The notes under the pieces were generated by a model. It worked only from the letters and a program-made list of their open reading frames with translations. It ran no database searches and was not told the origin of the DNA. From an uncultured Ignavibacteriales bacterium (GTDB lineage: Bacteria; Zixibacteria; MSB-5A5; GN15; FEB-12), in NCBI GenBank assembly GCA_964627305.1, contig CAZVHP010000004.1, positions 207,971-271,970 of the forward strand: a stretch of DNA of 64,000 bases. Reading direction: 5' to 3'. Both the position numbers and the translations under genes were made by a program. This document shows positions 19,200-28,406 of this stretch, piece after piece; the stretch's first letter is position 1; every line of letters starts with the position of its first letter.

Positions 19200-21095
19200 A
19201 TGACAATGAAGTATCAAATCGTAAGAATTGTGCTGGCAGCGCTGGTCCTGGCCGCCTTCGCGACGGGAATGCTGATGGCGCAGACCTCGGGCACCGGCGC
19301 CATTCCGCAGCGCGATGACATCGATGACCAGTACAAGTGGAACGTCGAAAACATCTACCCCGACCTCGAAGCCTGGGAGGCTGATTTCGCCCGGCTTCAG
19401 GACGGCATCGGCTTGTTCGCGCAATACCGGGGGCGACTGGCCGAATCTCCACAGGTGCTGGCTGAGTGCCTGCGCCTGACAGACAGCCTCAACATCATCA
19501 CCGGCAACTTGTACGTGTACGCGTATCTGAAGCTCGATGAGGACAATCGCGTCAGCATGTACCAGGAACTGGGCGGGCGCATCTCAAACCTCTACTCGCG
19601 CTCAGCTGAAGCACAGTCTTTCATCAGTCCGGAAGTGCTGGCCATCGATGCCGACACCCTGCTCAGCTGGGTCGCCAACCACGCCGATCTGAACATCTAT
19701 GACCACTACTTCAGAAACCTGTTGCGCCAGCAGAAACACGTCCTCTCCGAGAAAGAAGAACGCATTCTTGCATTGGCGGCACCGGTTGCAGGTGCTCCGC
19801 GCAGAATCTTCAACATGCTGGAAAACGCCGATTTCAAAATGGGAACGATTATCGATCAGAACGGCGATACCGTCGAACTGACTATCGGCCGCTACAGCAA
19901 TATCATGCGCGAGGCCCCGCGAGACATTCGCGCTATGGCCAATGACACCGTGCAGAACTCCTGGTACCGCTACGTCAATACCCTCGCCTCCACTCTGGGA
20001 GCCTCGGTGCAGAAGGACTGGTTCCTGGCTCAGGCGCGCGGTTACGAGGACTGTCTCGAAATGGCGCTGGAATCTGATAATGTCTCGCGTGAGGTGTTCA
20101 CCAGCCTCATCGAGGCCGTCAACGCCAACCTGGCCCCCCTGCACAAATGGTACGCCATCCGCAAACAGGTGCTCGGCGTGGATACACTCCAGACCTATGA
20201 CCTCAGCGTACCCCTGGTCGAGGAATCGAACCGACAGTACACCTGGGAAGAAGCCAAAGAGCTGTGTGTGCATGCTCTCGAGCCGATGGGGGAGAAGTAT
20301 GTCGAGGACTACCGCCGCGGGCTGACCTCGGGCTGGATCGATGTCTACGAGACCGAGGGCAAGGGTTCAGGCGCCTACTCCTGGGGCACCTACACCTCGC
20401 ATCCGTATGTCCTGCTCAACTTCAACGACAAGCTCGAGGATGTCTTCACGCTCGCCCACGAAATGGGCCACGCGCTCAACAGCTACTACACCAACCGGAA
20501 CGAACCATACGTATACTCCGGGCATTCCCTGTTCACCGCTGAGGTTGCCTCAACCTGCAACGAAGCCCTCATGATGAAATACCTGCTGGACCGTATCACC
20601 GACAAGAACGAGAAGATGGCCCTGCTGTATCATTATATCAGGCAGATCGACGGGACCTTCTTCACTCAGGTCATGTTCAGCGAATTTGAACTGACCATCC
20701 ATCAGCACATCGAGCAGGGCGGCGCCATCAGCGCCGATTACCTGCGTCAGACCTACCGCGAGACATTCCAGAAATATATGGGACCGGACGTGGTCATTGG
20801 TCCGATGAATGATATGGGCGGAATGAAAATCGGCCACTTCTACCGTCAATTCTATGTATACAAATACGCAACCAGCTACGCGGCCGCCCAGGCACTCTCA
20901 CAGAAAATTCTGGAGGGTGACCAACAGGCGCTGGACCGTTATCTGGAATTCCTCAAGGTGGGCACCTCAGCCTACCCGGTGGATATGCTCAAGGCGGCCG
21001 GTGTCGATCTGACTGAGCCGGATGCCGTCCAGCAGACCATTACCCTGTTCGCAGAACTCGTTGATGAAATGGGGCGCCTCCTGCTGGAAGGCTAA
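19200..21095 (+). CDS. pepF: Oligoendopeptidase F (M3B), secreted
   Basis: GGGAGAG RBS just upstream of the ATG at 19200. Signal peptide MTMKYQIVRIVLAALVLAAFATGMLMAQ. Zinc motif HEMGHALNSY. Confidence 0.9.
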   Translation: MTMKYQIVRIVLAALVLAAFATGMLMAQTSGTGAIPQRDDIDDQYKWNVENIYPDLEAWEADFARLQDGIGLFAQYRGRLAESPQVLAECLRLTDSLNIITGNLYVYAYLKLDEDNRVSMYQELGGRISNLYSRSAEAQSFISPEVLAIDADTLLSWVANHADLNIYDHYFRNLLRQQKHVLSEKEERILALAAPVAGAPRRIFNMLENADFKMGTIIDQNGDTVELTIGRYSNIMREAPRDIRAMANDTVQNSWYRYVNTLASTLGASVQKDWFLAQARGYEDCLEMALESDNVSREVFTSLIEAVNANLAPLHKWYAIRKQVLGVDTLQTYDLSVPLVEESNRQYTWEEAKELCVHALEPMGEKYVEDYRRGLTSGWIDVYETEGKGSGAYSWGTYTSHPYVLLNFNDKLEDVFTLAHEMGHALNSYYTNRNEPYVYSGHSLFTAEVASTCNEALMMKYLLDRITDKNEKMALLYHYIRQIDGTFFTQVMFSEFELTIHQHIEQGGAISADYLRQTYRETFQKYMGPDVVIGPMNDMGGMKIGHFYRQFYVYKYATSYAAAQALSQKILEGDQQALDRYLEFLKVGTSAYPVDMLKAAGVDLTEPDAVQQTITLFAELVDEMGRLLLEG

Positions 21096-21121
21096 GCAAC
21101 TGTGTCATAGCTGATTCGAAA

Positions 21122-21155
21122 GGCAGCCGTCACACTCCGACGGCTGCCTTCCTTT
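21122..21155 (+). terminator. Rho-independent terminator after pepF
   Basis: Perfect 10-bp stem GGCAGCCGTC / GACGGCTGCC, 7-nt loop, then TTCCTTTG. Confidence 0.7.
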
Positions 21156-21345
21156 GTCACCTCCAGCCAGTTTCCGGCCCGCCGCCGCAAGGCAACTGAA
21201 AGCCACTTTCATTTGCTTAAGAAATTGCTGCACAAGAGCTTGATTTGGTCGTTTCCACAAACGTCTCAGGGAACCGAATACACAGATCGCGGTTATTCTG
21301 GATAATCGAACACACTATACGACAACATACAAAGGAGAAACGACC

Positions 21346-21843
21346 ATGATGATCTCAAAGAAAATGGAAAAGGCCCTCAACGCCCAGATCAATATGGAGC
21401 TCGAGGCATTCTACATCTACAAGCAGATGTCTTATGTACTCCAGGAGATGGGACTGCCGGTCTTCGGCGGCTTCTTCGCCGATCAGGCGGCCGAGGAGCA
21501 GGGACATGCCAATAAGTTCGCCAACTACATCCTTGATCAGGGCGGCAAGGTGACGCTGCAGCCGCTCAAGGCCCCGAAGGCCGCCTACAAGACCGTCGAG
21601 GAGATCTGTGGGGATTTCGTCGACCACGAGGTTCAGGTCACCAAAGCCATCAACAAACTGGTTGAACTGGCCCGATCCGAGAACGACATCGCTGCCGAGG
21701 TCATGCTCAACTGGTTCGTAAGCGAGCAGGTTGAAGAGGTCGCCTCGGCCAACGAAATGCTCGACATGGTCAGCAAGGCCAAGACCGAGGGGCAACTGCT
21801 GATGCTCGAGGGTCGGGTGGCACGGATGCGCGGCGAAGGCTGA
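21346..21843 (+). CDS. ftn: Non-heme ferritin
   Basis: 165 aa. AAGGAG RBS. Ferroxidase-centre ligand context NMELEAFYIYKQM, AEEEQGHANKF, SEQVEEV. Confidence 0.9.
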   Translation: MMISKKMEKALNAQINMELEAFYIYKQMSYVLQEMGLPVFGGFFADQAAEEQGHANKFANYILDQGGKVTLQPLKAPKAAYKTVEEICGDFVDHEVQVTKAINKLVELARSENDIAAEVMLNWFVSEQVEEVASANEMLDMVSKAKTEGQLLMLEGRVARMRGEG

Positions 21844-22096
21844 TCGCCACAGTCAGACAACCCGCAACGTTAATGATATCGTCAACGGCCGCCTTTAACA
21901 GGGGCGACCGTTGTCCTGTTTCCCCCATCAGGCGGCCCCGGTGCACTCGGAGGTGAGCCGCAAATCCCCTCCTCGCGATCCTTCGAAAAACGACCGTGTA
22001 CACTGCCACCCAGCAATACCCAATCGCGCGCGCTCTGAGCACCAGCGTACCTGATTGTTGTTGCATTGGGATTGATCGCTTCAGATTTTCCTCTCA

Positions 22097-22801
22097 ATGC
22101 GTACACGTGCCACAATCGCCGTGACTCTCCTGGCCACGGGCATCATATCACTGGCCTGTGTCTCCTGCGGCAGCGGCATCAAACAGCCCCCACAGGAACC
22201 TCCCCCGGCACCCGTGCCCGAGGCAACCGCACCACCGCCGGATTCAACCACCGCAGCGCCCACTATCGCCGAACCGGCCCCCATTGTCCCCCCTCCCGCG
22301 GCCCCGCCGCCCATGCTCGATGGACTTGTCGGTGATAACGAATGGTCGGACGAACACCGGTTCGCGGCCGGGTGGGATGATGGCCGCATATGGATCCGCC
22401 CCTACTCATCGTATACCTACATCTGTATCGCGACCACCGACACCGGTCACACGGGGCTCAATCTGTACATTGAAAACAGCCAGGACCAGACCTTCATGCT
22501 CCACGCCTCCTACGCCCACGGGAATCGTTTCCTTTCCGGCTCCAACTGGCAGGAGATGAAATGGGGACCGAGCGGCCGCTGGACCTCGAACCTGATCGAA
22601 TCAGTGGTCAGAAGCGGTCAACGGGTGTACATCATGCCCGAGGCGTTCGAATTCCAGATCAGCGAGAAACTCCTGCCGTCCGGTGGCTTCAGGTTCATGC
22701 TTCAGTTCGAGCGGCCGGTGCGATGGGTCCCGGAAACCGCCGACACGCTGTCGACCGCAAACTGGTTTCACTACCGCGGCGCCCCCGACGCCGGCAGCTG
22801 A
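22097..22801 (+). CDS. Hypothetical lipoprotein with Pro-rich linker and beta-rich C-terminal domain
   Basis: Lipobox SLACVSC. About 60 aa P/A-rich linker, then DGLVGDNEWSDEHRF..., faintly like CBM9/DOMON-type sandwich N-termini. The family call is uncertain. Confidence 0.6.
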   Translation: MRTRATIAVTLLATGIISLACVSCGSGIKQPPQEPPPAPVPEATAPPPDSTTAAPTIAEPAPIVPPPAAPPPMLDGLVGDNEWSDEHRFAAGWDDGRIWIRPYSSYTYICIATTDTGHTGLNLYIENSQDQTFMLHASYAHGNRFLSGSNWQEMKWGPSGRWTSNLIESVVRSGQRVYIMPEAFEFQISEKLLPSGGFRFMLQFERPVRWVPETADTLSTANWFHYRGAPDAGS

Positions 22802-22880
22802 ACCGAGGCCATCATAAATAGAACCGAATGTCCGCCGCCAATCTTACAGGGTTTCGCATCTTGTCGAATGGTGCGCCACA

Positions 22881-22904
22881 GGCCTCACGGCTTGAGCGAG
22901 CGAG
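22881..22904 (+). repeat. Copy A of a 24-nt direct repeat (GGCCTCACGGCTTGAGCGAGCGAG)
   Basis: Matches copy B at 23668-23691 at 20 of 24 positions. The two copies bracket the 23013-23609 gene. Confidence 0.4.
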
Positions 22905-23012
22905 GCGGCGACGGAGCCGGTACCTCTCAGGAAAGGCTGTGGTTAGCTGTGACAACACAGCGACGCTTCACGGTATGCGAAGCGATACCTGTCAGAAATG
23001 GAGGATAGTGCG

Positions 23013-23609
23013 ATGAACAAAGGAGTCTCAGGGCCAGCCAGGCAAGACCTGCTTATGAAGCGATGGGCAATTGCGGGGCCATTCGCAGTTGCTCTTGGAG
23101 CTGCCGTGATCGTACTTCTGTTTGGATGCTCACAGGATGCGGCGTGGCCGCCGCCCCTGGAAGGTGACACCGGCGACGGGTGGACCGGGCGCTCCCTCAA
23201 GGGGGTATCGACACCTGTCTTTGAGCCGCACATTGACGGGTGGCAGCATGTCAAAAGTGCCGAGGGTGAGGCCATCGGCTGGGGACCTGACATCGTCGAT
23301 GGCGAGGCCCTTCTCCCGGTCAACATATTCACGATCGACCAGATGCCTGATGTCAGAATTAACAACCTCTTCGTGGTCAAGGACTATGGCCGCGACTACA
23401 CGTTGGTTGCTCTCAACAGGGACGAGGGACACCGTCTTTGTATGGCATATCGCGGCATCAGCGCTGAGGGAATTCTGATCGAGACCACCGCGATATTCCC
23501 CGGCACTCGCGCCCGGATCGGCGACAGGATATTTGAGCTGAAACCTGACGGCTGGTATCTCGGGGATACGCTTGTCCACCATGTGACGGCAGTGCCGCCG
23601 AACCGGTAA
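23013..23609 (+). CDS. Hypothetical lipoprotein
   Basis: GGAGG lies 8 nt before the ATG at 23013 (the track start at 22998 sits inside the RBS). TM/signal segment plus lipobox LLFGCS. No recognisable domain. Confidence 0.55.
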   Translation: MNKGVSGPARQDLLMKRWAIAGPFAVALGAAVIVLLFGCSQDAAWPPPLEGDTGDGWTGRSLKGVSTPVFEPHIDGWQHVKSAEGEAIGWGPDIVDGEALLPVNIFTIDQMPDVRINNLFVVKDYGRDYTLVALNRDEGHRLCMAYRGISAEGILIETTAIFPGTRARIGDRIFELKPDGWYLGDTLVHHVTAVPPNR

Positions 23610-23667
23610 CGGTTTCGGTCGGGGCGCCCCGAGGCGTCGTGGGTGATATTCTTGACAGCAGGCCGCG

Positions 23668-23691
23668 GGCCTCACAGCCTGAGCGCGCCAG
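23668..23691 (+). repeat. Copy B of the 24-nt direct repeat (GGCCTCACAGCCTGAGCGCGCCAG)
   Basis: See copy A. Lies in a 380-bp GC-rich, hairpin-dense, non-coding stretch (23610-23989). Confidence 0.4.
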
Positions 23692-23989
23692 CCCCTCTGG
23701 CCCAGCGGCCAGAGCTAAGGCAGAGCGCCTTCGCCACTCTGCCATGCTTCACTCCTTCCCCGGCGGCCCGCCCTCAAGGCGGACCTGACTCTTCGGCTGC
23801 TCATCGGGTCGCACAGGATGTGCCCCTCGGTTGCCGGATATGGTCGGGCCAGACGGGGCGCCAAAGGTCGATTGCCCGCCAGAAGCGCAAAGCAGGAGAA
23901 GGCCAGAGGCCGGAGGCCCCCACCACTGCGTATGCCCCGGCCCAACTACGCCGGCAGCACGCCCCCCTACCCCGATGATTCCCCCATCC

Positions 23990-24727
23990 CTAAAAGCCGA
24001 TGCGCCGCATAACAAATCGGGGAAGCCGCCGGATGACCCACATCACCTGGCGCCAGATACCGGGCACGTACACCAAAGGCTTGCCGGCATCGATCGCGCG
24101 CAGTACGCCCCGGGCCACCACCTCGGGCTCTCCGGCAAACGGAGGCGGCTTGAGCGCGGCGGTCATACCGGTCTTGACGAAACCCGGCTTGACACAAACC
24201 GTCACCAAACCGTGCGATCGAAACTTGTGATCGAGCCCCTCCAGATAATGCGCCAGCCCGGCCTTGGCGGCACCATAGAGAATAACCGGTTTGCGCCCCC
24301 GATCACCGGCCACCGAACTGAACACGCAAAGTGTCCCGCCTCCGGCCGCAAGCAGCCGGCGACGGACCTCCTCACAGAAAAGCACGGTGTTGGTGAAGTC
24401 GATTGTCAGCAGATCCTGCACCAGGGCCGGATCGTCCTCCAGAACATCCTGCACATGAAAGACCCCGGCGGTCACAATCACCGCCTCTAAGCCGCCCAAA
24501 GCGGCCTGGGCCTGGTCCAGTGCCGACGAGAACCCATCCGGGTCGCGCAGATCGCACAGCGCCGTGCCCGCCACGGGATGACCGGAACGCGCCTCGAGAT
24601 CCTGCGCGCACAGCGCCAGCGACTCCAGGTTGCGCCCAAGCAGAAACAGCGCGTCCCCGCGTGATGATACAAGACGGGCCAGGGCCTGACCTATCCCCTG
24701 TGTCGCTCCCAACACTACATAACTCAT
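23990..24727 (-). CDS. Short-chain dehydrogenase/reductase, DprE2-like
   Basis: GATQGIGQA cofactor motif and YGAAKAG (YxxxK). The C-terminal PLVYVPGIWRQVMWVIRRLPRFVMRRI resembles the DprE2 tail as I recall it. ATGA overlap with the upstream oxidase. Confidence 0.8.
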   Translation of the reverse strand: MSYVVLGATQGIGQALARLVSSRGDALFLLGRNLESLALCAQDLEARSGHPVAGTALCDLRDPDGFSSALDQAQAALGGLEAVIVTAGVFHVQDVLEDDPALVQDLLTIDFTNTVLFCEEVRRRLLAAGGGTLCVFSSVAGDRGRKPVILYGAAKAGLAHYLEGLDHKFRSHGLVTVCVKPGFVKTGMTAALKPPPFAGEPEVVARGVLRAIDAGKPLVYVPGIWRQVMWVIRRLPRFVMRRIGF

Positions 24728-26085
24728 GGCTTATCTCCAAACAGGCGCACCGACTGCGCACTTCGAATTCTTCCCTCAGGGTTCCACTTGCGACGCACCG
24801 CCAGCCAGGACTCCAGACGCGGTTCCATGGCGCGAAAATGCTCAGGCCTCGTGAAGGAGTCCTTGCAAAGATAGATGCGACCGCCCGCAGCAATCACGAA
24901 CTCGTTGAGCGTATCGACCAGCGCCCGGGTTTCTGGTCGCACCGGAATATCCAGAGCAATCGAGATGCCCGGCATCGGAAACGATATCATTCCCCGTCCT
25001 TCCGGTCCACAGTCCTTTAATACACAAAGAAATGGCGCAGCACGAAAGCGAGTCAGCAGACCAAAGAACTCCCGCGTGTGCGCTAAGTCGCCGGGCTTCG
25101 GCAAAACACACTGGTACTGAGTGAACCCTCGCGGACCGTAAATGCGATTCCATTCGCGGACCGAATCCAGCGGATAAAAGAACTTCTCCGGATGCACAAT
25201 ACCGCGCCGGGGCCGTGATCCCTGAAACCGGTAATAGGCCGCGTTGAAGCCCCGAACCACCCAGCGGTTCAACACCCCGTGCGGAAAAACGAAAGGCACG
25301 CCAACAGACCGAAGCAAAGGCGGAGGATGCGACGGAGCTTCGTTTGCACTGGCCCAGCGACCGCACGTCAGGATGCCCCGCCCCAAAGCGCGTCCACGCG
25401 CCAGGCAATCAATCCAGCCCACCGTAAACGGCCACTCAGAGGCGGCCGAGGTAAGCGCACCAACAAAGTCCTCGATCCCGTCGATTCGCCGTGTTTCTTG
25501 CCATATCCAGGGTGTGGGAATCCTGCCCAGCCGGAATGTGACCTCCAGAATATGCCCTGTCAGGCCCATCCCGCCGATCGTGGCGCAAAACAGCTCAGGC
25601 TCGTTCTCCATCGAGCATTCCACGATCCGACCGTCGGCGACACACAGCTTCAGCGACTCGACATGATCGCCAAAACACCCATCGACATGATGATTCTTCC
25701 CGTGAACATCGGCGGCGACCATACCCCCCAGCGTCACAAACTGCGTGCCCGGTGTAACCGGCACGAACCATCCCTCGCGAAGAAACAGCCGGTTGATCTC
25801 ACAAAGCGCGAGTCCGGCCTCGGCCCGAAATAAGCCCGTCACACGGTCAAAAAAGCGGATCCGGTCGGCCAAAACCGTTGAGACAACAACAGGCTCAGAG
25901 GGTGGCGGCAAAGCCGAATCACCATAACTCCGACCCAGGCCGCGAAAGAGAACGGCCTCTCCAGACGCCTTCTCCAGGTCGGGCGCAGACACACTGCGAC
26001 CCACCCCGAAGATCCGTCCCCATCCGGACAGCAAAGGAGCTTCACTCATGTCTATCCCGTCGGGTTTCCTCCTTTGCGTCTTCAC
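24724..26085 (-). CDS. FAD-binding oxidoreductase, DprE1-like (polyprenylphospho-ribose 2'-oxidase family)
   Basis: N-terminal LSGWGR... and GLGRSYGDSAL match the DprE1 signature. FAD-binding PCMH domain followed by a substrate domain. The start is GTG at 26085 or ATG at 26049. Confidence 0.8.
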   Translation of the reverse strand: MKTQRRKPDGIDMSEAPLLSGWGRIFGVGRSVSAPDLEKASGEAVLFRGLGRSYGDSALPPPSEPVVVSTVLADRIRFFDRVTGLFRAEAGLALCEINRLFLREGWFVPVTPGTQFVTLGGMVAADVHGKNHHVDGCFGDHVESLKLCVADGRIVECSMENEPELFCATIGGMGLTGHILEVTFRLGRIPTPWIWQETRRIDGIEDFVGALTSAASEWPFTVGWIDCLARGRALGRGILTCGRWASANEAPSHPPPLLRSVGVPFVFPHGVLNRWVVRGFNAAYYRFQGSRPRRGIVHPEKFFYPLDSVREWNRIYGPRGFTQYQCVLPKPGDLAHTREFFGLLTRFRAAPFLCVLKDCGPEGRGMISFPMPGISIALDIPVRPETRALVDTLNEFVIAAGGRIYLCKDSFTRPEHFRAMEPRLESWLAVRRKWNPEGRIRSAQSVRLFGDKP

Positions 26086-26320
26086 TTTCGTACCACACTA
26101 CCGCGAACAGGCAGCGACACGAATTGCATTACTACCCAATGCTAACTCGCCCCGGTCCAAATTTCAACCCATTATTCCTGAACCCCTCACAAATCCTGAC
26201 TGATGTCACAGACGTTTCCCCATCGCCAACGCAATGCTGTGCACGGCACCACTGCCAGACTCCGCACATACCGTACCCCCACCCATGGCGGGCCCCAGGG
26301 CATGGCCGCAATCCCCCAAC

Positions 26321-26355
26321 CCAGAAAAAGACAGGGGCCGGCATACGCCGACCCC
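26321..26355 (-). terminator. Rho-independent terminator after serC
   Basis: Minus strand reads GGGGTCGGC-GTAT-GCCGGCCCC (one mismatch) followed by TGTCTTTTTCTGG. Confidence 0.6.
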
Positions 26356-26387
26356 GCCCAGGTGCGATATGATTACATTCCGACAGA

Positions 26388-27476
26388 TTACGCCGGATTC
26401 TTCTTTCGAAACGCGTCCATGAACTCCGCCAGCTTCTGTGCCCCCTCCAGCGGCAGGGCGTTGTACAACGACACCCGCACACCGCCAACCGAGCGGTGAC
26501 CCTTCAACCCCACAAACCCGGCCGCCTTTGCCTCGGCGATGAACTGCTTCTCGAGGTCTTCAGTCGGCAGACGAAGCGTGATATTCATCCACGAACGGCT
26601 GTCCTTCTGCACCGTCCCCTTGTAGTAGTCAGGATGCAGATCCATCATCTGATAGATGCGCTCCTGTTTGGCGCGGTTGACTTTCTCCACCCCCGCCAGG
26701 CCACCCTGGCCCTTGATCCACTCCAGCACCAGCTTGAGCACATACACACTGAATGATGGCGGCGTGTTGTACAATGACTTCTTGTCCGCATACGTCTTGT
26801 ACATGAACATGGTCGGCAGTCCGCTCTTGGCTTTCTTCAGCAGACTGTCCCTGATCAGCACCAGTGTCACCCCGGAAGGACCGAGGTTCTTCTGCGCGCC
26901 GGCGTAGATCAGATCGAACTTGCTGTAGTCAAGCTGCCGCGAGGCGATGTCCGATGACATGTCCGCAATCAGCGGCAACCCCTTCGCAGCGGGAATGTAA
27001 TGCCACTGCGTTCCCTTGATCGTGTTATTGGTTGTGATATGCAGATAGGCGGCATCCGACGGGATCTGCAACTGCTCCTGCTTGGGGATGAACGTGTAGC
27101 TGCCATCCTTGCTGGAACCGGCCACGTACGCCTTGCCGATAATCTCCGCCTCCTTGATGGCCTTGCCCGACCAGGAGCCGGTGTCGACATACGCACCCGC
27201 CTGCCCCTCGCTCAGGAAATTCAGCGGGATCAGCGCGAACTGCGTGGAGGCGCCGCCGGTCATGAACAGCACATGGTAATCGTCGCTCAGCCCGAAAATC
27301 TCACGAGCCAGACTGATCGCAGATTCATTGATTTCGTCATATTCCGGCGCCCGGTGCGAGCTTTCGATAATCGACATGCCCGTCCCCCGGTAATCCAGCA
27401 ACTCCTCCTGCACTATCTTCAGTACATCCAGCGGGAGAGTCGACGGTCCCGGATTGAAATTGAACACGCGAGCCAT
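26388..27476 (-). CDS. serC: Phosphoserine aminotransferase
   Basis: 362 aa. FNPGPSTLP N-terminus and PLP-lysine context GAQKNLGPSG. Confidence 0.95.
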   Translation of the reverse strand: MARVFNFNPGPSTLPLDVLKIVQEELLDYRGTGMSIIESSHRAPEYDEINESAISLAREIFGLSDDYHVLFMTGGASTQFALIPLNFLSEGQAGAYVDTGSWSGKAIKEAEIIGKAYVAGSSKDGSYTFIPKQEQLQIPSDAAYLHITTNNTIKGTQWHYIPAAKGLPLIADMSSDIASRQLDYSKFDLIYAGAQKNLGPSGVTLVLIRDSLLKKAKSGLPTMFMYKTYADKKSLYNTPPSFSVYVLKLVLEWIKGQGGLAGVEKVNRAKQERIYQMMDLHPDYYKGTVQKDSRSWMNITLRLPTEDLEKQFIAEAKAAGFVGLKGHRSVGGVRVSLYNALPLEGAQKLAEFMDAFRKKNPA

Positions 27477-27508
27477 AGCATTCTTCCTTTCACTCTTACC
27501 GGTTGAGC

Positions 27509-28390
27509 CTACTGGTTCCGCTCGACATAGGCGCCGATCAGACGGTCGATCACAACGCCGATCCGAAGCATATTCTCCTTGGTAGAGGCGCCGATATGCG
27601 GCGTGAAAATGGTATTCGGAGCATTGAACAACGGCGACTGCCCCGGCGGGTCGGAATAGAAAACATCGGTTGCATACCCGCCCAGCTTCCCTGAACGCAG
27701 CGCCTCGACAATATCCTCCTCAACCACCAGCTTGCCGCGGGCGGTGTTGATCAGATAGGCGCCGTCCTTGAACTTGGCCAGGGTTTGCTTGTTGATAACT
27801 CCCTTCGTGGAATCCAGAAGCGGCATGTGCATAGAAATGAAATCCGATTCGGCCAGTACCTCGTCCATACTCGTGCGAATCTCCGCGAAATCGGTGAAGT
27901 TGACATCGGGATGCCAGCCCAGTACGCGCATCTGGAACCCCCGGGCACGTACCGCCAAAGCCAGCCCGATACGCCCCAGTCCCAGGATACCCAGCGTCTT
28001 GCCGTTAAGCTCAGTGCGCTTCAGCTCCTTTTTCAGCCACTGCCCCTGACGCATGCTTTGATCGGCGCGCGTGATGTGGTTCGGCAGGGCAATCATCAGC
28101 GCGAAAGCGTGCTCCGCAACCGCCGTCGTGGAAGCATCCGCCGTATTACGGACAATGATCCCCTTCCTGCCCGCATGCTCCTGATCGACATTGTCCAGAC
28201 CCACACCGCCGCGAATGATCATCTTCAATCTTGGAGCGGAGTCGATATACTCCTTCGTGCACTTGGTCTTCGAACGAACCAGGACAATCTCTGCCTCATT
28301 CAGGCGGTTCTTGTCATCGGTCACCTCACCGTATTTGGAAAGAACACCCGGCAGGGACTCGTCAAAAGCATCGGAAATGAGAATCAGCAT
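27509..28390 (-). CDS. serA: D-3-phosphoglycerate dehydrogenase-like 2-hydroxyacid dehydrogenase (short form, no ACT domain)
   Basis: AAGGAG lies 8 nt before the ATG at 28390 (MLILISDAFD...). NAD motif GILGLGRIGLALA and catalytic region TPHIGAST. Confidence 0.85.
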   Translation of the reverse strand: MLILISDAFDESLPGVLSKYGEVTDDKNRLNEAEIVLVRSKTKCTKEYIDSAPRLKMIIRGGVGLDNVDQEHAGRKGIIVRNTADASTTAVAEHAFALMIALPNHITRADQSMRQGQWLKKELKRTELNGKTLGILGLGRIGLALAVRARGFQMRVLGWHPDVNFTDFAEIRTSMDEVLAESDFISMHMPLLDSTKGVINKQTLAKFKDGAYLINTARGKLVVEEDIVEALRSGKLGGYATDVFYSDPPGQSPLFNAPNTIFTPHIGASTKENMLRIGVVIDRLIGAYVERNQ

Positions 28391-28406
28391 CACAGCCTCT
28401 CCTTGT

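Noticed and set aside
21293-21308. TTATTCTGGATAATCG upstream of the ferritin gene, a possible Fur box.
   Set aside because: It is only a partial imperfect palindrome (TTAT..GATAA) and a poor match to the 19-bp GATAATGATAATCATTATC consensus. Not supportable without a genome-specific Fur motif.
23643-24015. ORFs 23643-23978 (+, 111 aa) and 23749-24015 (-, 88 aa) in the gap downstream of the SDR gene.
   Set aside because: They have no RBS, a Pro/Arg/Gly/Ala-rich composition and mutually overlapping frames. The region is better described as structured non-coding DNA (see the finding at 22881-23989).
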